Source: the human T2T-CHM13v2.0 reference genome, Homo sapiens
Direction: 5' to 3' (one strand)
DNA length: 64,000 nt
Assembly (NCBI RefSeq): GCF_009914755.1
Contig: NC_060935.1
The notes under the pieces were generated by a model, which saw nothing but the letters and a program-made list of their open reading frames with translations, was not told where the DNA came from and did no database searches. Of this stretch, positions 56,280-64,000 are shown piece after piece (position 1 is the stretch's first letter; every line of letters starts with the position of its first letter). Made by a program: the position numbers and the translations under genes.

Positions 56280-57488
56280 TGTTTGTTTTTTTTAAGAAGC
56301 CAATGCTGCTTCCCATTGCAAAGTAACTAACAAAAAAGTAGGGTTTGCTTTGATCTGTTTCATCGTTGGAGGATATTTAATTTTTCTTCCAATCTTCCTA
56401 CAATATTTGGATCTTTGGGGTCTGGAACCCTAGAGAGCATGGATTCAGTCTTCCATTTAATTCTCCTTCCCTCTGGTATAAAACCAGGATTCAGAATCCA
56501 GAAAGGCCACCTTACCGATTGGGCAAAATGGGCAATAGTTCCAGTTCTTCCCACCATCAGGCCTGTGTCTGACTGTCCTGCCTCATCCTGTTCTCCCTAC
56601 TCCTCTCTTGCTTGTCCCTTGATCCCTCTCTTTCTTTGCTTTCCTCTTCATTTATTTCCACTAGTTCTCTAGTTGCTTCCACTCCAGACCTCTACGACCA
56701 GGCAGCCTATCAAGAATTACAAATCTGGTTTTATTTCTCCTGCTCAAAAGTTTGTCCCTCAAAGAGTGGTTAGCATAGCCAATAGGGCACAGCCATATTC
56801 CACCCTGTGACTTATAGGAGGAAGCTACTTCATGTGAGGTGGTCCCCCTTGGTGAGTCCTTCCTGCAGAGCAGAGATTGCCAGCTTACTTAGGGTAGTCC
56901 TGAGTCCTGGAGGACTGACAGGACTGACTAAGAACCCATATACTCCTTTACTCTGTCTGCTTTTGTCCCTTACTCTGATTCCAACAGACTCATTGCCACA
57001 TAAACCCAGGCTTTCAGGGGTCAGATGGGACCAGTGCGGGCTGGGGATTTCTCCTTATTGAGCAGCTCTCTACCTATAAGGCCAGTAAAATACCAAGTAC
57101 AGAGCATAGTAGGTGCTGAACATAGGCGTACATAGTAACCACTAGTGATAGTTGAGATAATGAATGAGTGTCCTTTGCTGGCAGAGCCCATCACCAGCCA
57201 GGAGTCTCCACCTCCAGCAACAGTGGAGTGGACCTTCAGCACACACCCCAACCCCACCTTGCCTCACCCTGACCCCATTCTGCCTCATAGATCGATTATT
57301 TTTAATATTTTGGTTTAAATTAAAAGACCCTATATGACTTTTTAAAATAACATGATTTAACACGGCAGATTACGGAATTAAAATTCTTGCCTCTCTTTTA
57401 TGTCACTCCCCAGGAATAACTACTCTTAACCATTTGTTACATATCCTTTCAGATATCTTTCTCCAAGTGCTTATTCAACAAAGACTTC

Positions 57489-57862
<374 letters not shown>

Positions 57863-59308
57863 TAGTGCATATTAGTCTTCCTTGTTTTCCTCGTGATTGC
57901 CTATTTTACCATTATAAGTCTGTGCCATTTTAGACCTGGTAGCTTCCTGCTTCTGGGCAATCTTTTTGTGGCCAACATGGAAGTCTATAGCCCACTTAGG
58001 AGACATTTTTCCCAGTATGGAACCTCAGTCCAGAGCCCATGATCCTGTGGTTAGGATGAGCAGACAGTATGGCCGCTTTGCCCCCTCTCTGGACAATTCA
58101 GCCTTATCAGCCTCCAACTCACTTCCCCAGAGGATTTGGAAATATGCTTCTTACTGCTCTGTGCCCCTGGGCAGAGATGCTAAGTATCCTGTCCACCCCT
58201 TCCTTCGGAACATAACACAGAGGATTTTTGGCTTTTTAAACCTACATCTTATCTGAAGGTAGGGATTGCTCTGCCTGCCATCCCAAAGCCTACAGTCCTG
58301 ACACTGTGAAATGAGTGCAGAGGAAGGAGGTGGAATGCAGTTGGCTTTGAGTCCTAGCCAGCCGTTTGAAGGCTACAGCCTGCTTCTAACTTGTTTCTGA
58401 TGGAATTCCCAGGAATGACCCTGGCTCAACCTGATTCTCATCATGTCTTCTCTGTACTTTGGAGAAATCAGGTCCCAAACTCTCCTTTCTGGGCCTCTCT
58501 AATGTCTGACTGTGGACATTCAGTATCTCAGCTCTGACTTCGCCTTTACTTCCTGTAGAGTGTCTTGAATTCTGGTAACTCATATTCTTGTGATGGTACC
58601 TCATTGCCAGTTGCTTTGTAACCTGCATTCCATAGTGTTGCTTACATGAAACTGACTTAAAAAGTGAAACCCTGACCCCATCAGTACTGTCACTCATCAC
58701 TTAATCACAAGGATATGTTCTAAGAAATGCATCGTTAGGCAATTTCATTGTTGTGGGAACATCATAGAGTGTCCTTATGCAAATCTAGATGGTACCATTT
58801 ACTACACTCCTGGGCTATGTGGTATAGCCCACTACTCCTAGGCTACAAACCTGTACAGCATGTGTGTACCATTATTATAGTAATAATGAATACTGTAGGC
58901 AATTGTAATATGGTAAGTATTTGCACGTCTAAACATAGAATGTTTACCTGCATAGGGTACTTACGTGAATGAAGCTTGAGAACTGAAAATTGCTCTGGGT
59001 GAGTCAGTGAGTGAGTGGTGAGTGGATGTGAAGGCGTAGGACATTACTGTACGCTTGGGCTACACTAAATTTATAAACCATTTTTCTTCAGTAATAAATT
59101 AGCCTTAGCTTACTATAGCTTTTCTTCACAAACTTTAAAAATTTAAAAAAAAACTTTTGACTCTTTTGTAATAACAGCTTAAGACAAACACATTGTACAG
59201 CTGTACAAAAATATTTTCTTCTTCCATATCCTTATTCTATAGCTATTTTCTATTTAAATTTTGTTATTTTACTTTAAAATTTTTTTTTTTTGGTTAAAAA
59301 CTAAGACA

Positions 59309-59575
59309 TAATTCCAGCACTTTGGGAGGCCAAGGTGGCAGGATAGCTTGAGATCAGGAGTTCAAGACAAGGTTGGGAAACATAGCAAACCCTGTCTCTA
59401 CAAAAAAAATGAAAAAATTAGCTGGGAGCAATGATGCACTCCTGTAGTCCTAGCTTCTTGGGAGGCTGAGGCAGGAGGGTCCCCTGAGCCCAGGAGTTCC
59501 AGGTTACAGTGAGCCACTGCACTCCAGCCTGGATGACAGAATAAGACCCTGTCTCTCAAAATGAATCAATCACAC
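59309..59575 (+). mobile_element. AluJ inside Tigger3
   Basis: TSD AAAAACTAAGACA. Confidence 0.85.
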
Positions 59576-59779
59576 AAAGAAGCCAAAAACTAAGACACAC
59601 ACACACGTGTTAGCTTAGGCTTACATGGGGTCAGGATCATCACTGTCTTTCACCTCCATATTGTGTCTTACTAGGTCTTCAGGGGCAATAACGTGCATGG
59701 AGCTATCATCTATGGCAATAATGCTTTCTTCTGGAAGATCTGCTGAAGAGACCTGCCTGGGGCTATTTTACAGTTAACC

Positions 59780-60081
59780 TTTTTTTATTTTTGAAACAGT
59801 GTCTTGCTGTCTCGCCCAGGCTGGAGTGCAATGGCACGATTTTGGCTCACCGCAGCCTTGAACTCCTCAGGCTCAGGCGATCCTCTCATCTCAGCCTCCT
59901 AAGTAGCTGGACTACAGGTGCATGCCACCATGCCAGGCTAAGTTTTGTATTTTTTTTGGAGAGACGGGGTCTCACCATGTTGCCCAGGCTCAGGCTGGTC
60001 TTGAACTCCTGGGCTCAAGCAATCCTCCTGCCTTGGCCTCCCAAAATGCTGGCATTTCAAGCGTGAGCCACCCTGCCTGGC
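59780..60081 (-). mobile_element. AluJ inside Tigger3
   Basis: TSD AGTTAAC.TTTTT. Confidence 0.85.
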
Positions 60082-60639
60082 ATAGTTAACTTTTTTTAAT
60101 AAGTAGGAGGAATATACTCAAAATAATAAAATATAGTAAATACATAAACCAATAACATAATCATTCATTATTATCAAGTATTATGTACTGTACATAATTG
60201 TATGTGCTATACTTTTATATGGCTGACAGTGCCGTAGGTTTGTTTACACCAGTATCACCACAAATACATGAGTAATGCATTGTGTTATGATACTACAACC
60301 GTTATGATGCCACTAGTGATGGGAAACTACTTCATACAGATGCTAGGGCCTAAGGCTATTCCTGTCTTTGAGGAGCTCTGATCCCAGGGATGAAGGCAGT
60401 AAATTCATTAATGAGGTAAGCATTACTATAATGATTTCTTTTTAACATTTAGAAGATGGTTGACTTCTGCCAGGAAGGAGGGCAAGGCTTCACTGAGGTG
60501 ACATTTTGGTTCGTTTGAAAGGATAATTAGGATTCCATCAGTTGGAGAAGGTGTGAAGTCATTCAAGTCAGATAGAATAATGTGCAAAAGTACAGAGGTA
60601 TAAAAAGAATGCTGTTCATTAGGTGTCCACATAGGCAAG

Positions 60640-61380
60640 AGGAAGTTTCTCTTTATAGAAACATTTCATCTCATAATTGAAGGTGTGATTGAAATATAAT
60701 ATTATCATTTTGCAATCCCTAATAAAGGGATCTTAGGCATTGAGCATCAACAGCTGCTAACATCACAAAAAGAGATCTGTATCACCTATGAAGTAGTTTA
60801 AAAAAATATCAAGCCTGAGTCTGATCAAACTTGTAGATCCAAATACTATTTTATAGGAAACACAGAAGATGGGGGCAATGTTTAACTATACCATAAGGAT
60901 GTAACTAGCAACATGGGAGGAATTACAAATGACCCAATTTCTTTAATAAATTAATTGCAAGAAGAAAAAAAGTGGAGACAGACCTATAGATTAAAAAATA
61001 TCAGTCTCAATGCATGCGTCTTATTTGGATTCTAACATAAAGAGGACATTTTATGAGACAATTGGAAATTCGAATACTGGATATTTGATGTTACTCAGGG
61101 ATTATTATTTTTAGATATGACAGTGGTATCATGGGTTATGATTAATTCATTGTAAATTCGAGCAATGTACTGAAATTTTAATGGATAAAATGTTATGATG
61201 AGGAAATTTGCTTCTAAGTAGTATGGGAGAAGAGTAGATGAGGCTATAAGTGACACAATTGGCTATGGGTAATTCAAGCTGGGGTATGGGTACACCAAGT
61301 TTCATTATAGTATTTTGTTTGATTTTTCTGTATATTATTTAAAATTTAAAATTAGAATTCCCTGTAATAAGTTTTTTAAA
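60640..61380 (+). mobile_element. Old LINE-1 3' remnant (L1MC/MD-like)
   Basis: Degenerate L1 3'UTR motifs (GAGACAATTGGAAATT..ACTGGATATTTGATG..GGGTACACCAAGTTTCATTATA). Confidence 0.5.
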
Positions 61381-62525
61381 AATGGTATATTTGGGATCTA
61401 GTAGCTCCATGTGGCTGAGGCACAGGGACATATAGGGCAGCAGGATATGGGACTATGAAGGGAGTTAGGGTCTCAGGGGTGGTGCTTGGGCTATAAAGTT
61501 CTTTTCATGCAGGCAAATGAGTTTCACACCACCCTGGAGACCTAGCGTTCTGAGGTGGAGCCTCTGGAGCAAGGATGGGGGACAGGAGCTGAACAGAGGG
61601 GATACTAGGATATTTTAACAAGAACAGCTTTGCTTCTAACTTTTATTAAATTGGGCTTCCAGGTAATATTTTGTTTAAAAACGGGATTCTGAGGCTTCAA
61701 AAAATTTCTCTGTAGCCATTGAGAGAACAGTTGAATATTTTAAAGACCGTCACTTGAGCCATAGTGCAGAAGATTGGAGGTAGGGAAATCAGCTGGGAGG
61801 CTATTTTAATATAGCTGGGAGGCAAATGAATAAAGCATTTGTTTTGAGAGGAATTTAGCCAGTGAAGATTTGGTCCCAGGAGGTAAACCTTTTAAGACAA
61901 TATTTGTAATTATTATTTCCCAGGCCATACTCCTAGGGAAGACAACAAAGAGGGTGTGGAAATATGCTTACTCCTTGTAACAAGAAAGCCAGTCCTTCTT
62001 AGCACCCACTGGGGAATAGGCTGGAACCCTGCTCCTTTCTCTTCTATCTGGCTCTTGACAGAGCACACGGAGAACTATGTCTCCCTTACAACTGTCTCAG
62101 CATCTTCTTTGATCAGAGTCTCCAGTCTGTCCTCCTGTGCACCATAACTGATAATTTGGTGAGGTAGGGAGTGATGCCAGCTGTTTGGGTTTACAGTGAC
62201 CACTTCTATTATTGTTGCTCCGTTTCAACTATAGCTGCTTTCAGTATGCACCACCACATCTACTTGACCGTACTCTACCTTCTTATAGCAGCTTAAACTC
62301 CAGAGTGTAAGACCCCAACAACTAGCCATCTCTTCTTCCCTTTTCTGTGAAATCTTAGAGTCTGTCTGACTAGGCAAATCCACTGACTTTCCCTCCTAGT
62401 AATCTCCCTCAAATGTAATGTCTCACTGAGCCCTGCGCCTTTAAAACACACGGACACATACTCATGCATCAAGCTGCTAACAGCTAATAAAAATGAACTA
62501 TTAACATTCCAGACTCTGCTAGGTG

Positions 62526-62830
62526 CCTGTAATCCTAACACTTTGGGAAGCTGAGGTGGGAGGATCGCTTGAGCCCAGGAGTTTGAGACCAGCCTGGGCA
62601 ACACAGTGAGGCCCCATCTCTACAAAAAACCCAAAAATTAGCCGGGTGTGGGATCACGTGCCTGTAGTCCCAGCTACTCAGGAGGCTGAGGGAGAAGGAT
62701 CATTTGAACATGGAAGGTTGAGGCTGCAGTGAGCTATGATCATGCCACTGCACTCCAGCCTGGGTGACAAAGTGAGACCTTGTCTAAAAATAAAAATAAC
62801 ATTTAGATCTTGTCTAAAAATAAAAAACAT
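62526..62830 (+). mobile_element. AluJ with duplicated 3' end
   Basis: TSD AACATTCCAGACT; CTTGTCTAAAAATAAAAA occurs twice. Confidence 0.85.
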
Positions 62831-63129
62831 TCCAGACTTGGTGAAAATCATTTAGGTACATCTTTATGTGTCTCTATCCCTCTGGCTTTCAGTCTACAAT
62901 GTCCTGGTGGGCAGGACGCATGTTTCTTAACCTTGCCTTTGCCCCTCTGACTTGATGCTTGAGTGAAGCCTCTTTAGTTCTTACTTTTTGTGCTCATTAA
63001 GATCTTAGCCTTCTTGAATTATGGAACTCCTTGAGAATCTGATGATTGTTACGGACCTGCTCCAGAGAAATGCACACACATAGTATTTTGCCTACAATTT
63101 GAGAGTCTCTTGAATTTTAAAGCCGTTGC

Positions 63130-63330
63130 AATTTAAATGCATCAGGAAGACTTGACAGCAGAGAGTTTCTTGATAAAAATGCAGTATTCCTTTATTGCTG
63201 CTTGTTTGGTTGGTTTAAAAATATGCGATATTTCTTGTCCTACCCTAGCATTTCTGGTGCCAGTATCACCAATTTAAACAATCTCCCTGGTAATTCTAAA
63301 GTTCACTAAGATTTGAGAAGTTCTGCCCTA
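63130..63330. mobile_element. MER5A-like hAT remnant
   Basis: TTTAAACAATCTCCCTGGTAATTCT..AAGATTTGAGAAG; similar remnants near 3380-3480 and 48640-49125. Confidence 0.5.
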
Positions 63331-63861
63331 AAGACTCAGCTTATCTTCATAGTCTATCTCATCTTCTGCTCCCAGCCACTTAACTCCTGCTACAGGGGTT
63401 CAAACTCTGGAGTCCTGGTTGTTATCTAAAGGGAACAACTGCCTTCCTGTAGGGCTAAAGTGAAGCCCCTTCATGGAGAAGCACTAGAGTCTGACAGTGG
63501 GCCCAGGTCTTCTTCATTTTCAGGTATAGTTCTGAATTCAGAAAGCCAAGTCATGTCCCAGAGAGCTGCACTTCTCTCCTTCTTTCTGTCCATCTCTCAT
63601 CAATTATTTCTGTACTCACCTTCCCCCACTTCAGACTGGAACTTTCCCTCTTCTGGAGTTGTTGCTTTCCACCATACAAGATGTCTTGTGCTTCTGCATG
63701 TTGGCATCCAGGTGTATTATTATTCCTGTGTGGTAGCCAGCGGTGCAGACTTAGAATGCCTTGTAAGTGCCTCTAAGTAGGATATAGTAAAAAGGTTTGC
63801 AGAGTTAAGCTTACATCCCAGCAGGTCCAGGTACTTCTTTGAGGTACAAAACTGATGACAG

Positions 63862-64000
63862 GGCTGGGCGCAGTGGCTCACGCCTACAATTCCAGCACTT
63901 TGGGAGGCCGAGGTGAGCAGATTACTTGAAGTTAGGAGTTTGAGACCAGCCTGGCCAACATGGTGAAATCCCATCTTTACTAAAAATACAAAAATTAGCT
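63862..64000 (+). mobile_element. AluS left arm (cut by window end)
   Basis: GGCTGGGCGCAGTGGCTCACGCC... Confidence 0.9.

Larger units (their letters stand above)
58691..60325 (+). mobile_element. Tigger3/MER7-type TcMar DNA transposon interrupted by two Alus
   Basis: GGATATGTTCTAAGAAATGCATCGTTAGGCAATTTCATTGTTGTG...GTAGGTTTGTTTACACCAGTATCACCACAAA. Confidence 0.8.

Overview
Primate (human-type, Alu-dense) genomic DNA carrying most of CTNND1 (p120-catenin / delta-1 catenin) on the + strand. The window opens inside intron 1; exon 1 and the promoter are not visible. It contains non-coding exon 2 and all 19 coding exons (3-21), which join through GT-AG junctions into a 2907-nt ORF (968 aa + TAG), the length of the full isoform 1ABC. 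The four in-frame starts (M1, M55, M102, M324) and cassette exons C (18 nt), A (63 nt) and B (87 nt) are all readable. A ~2-3 kb 3'UTR with several poly(A) signals follows, then ~16 kb of repeat-rich intergenic DNA with no credible gene. I see no new gene or novel molecular system. The best second-look items are: a readable splicing code around exons C and B, a TSD-bounded Alu-unique-Alu composite insertion, a tailless 5S rRNA retrocopy, a recursive-splice-like cryptic exon in intron 1, isoform-specific uORFs, and several nested or serial transposon insertions. Repeat family names come from recalled consensus sequences; repeat boundaries are approximate.
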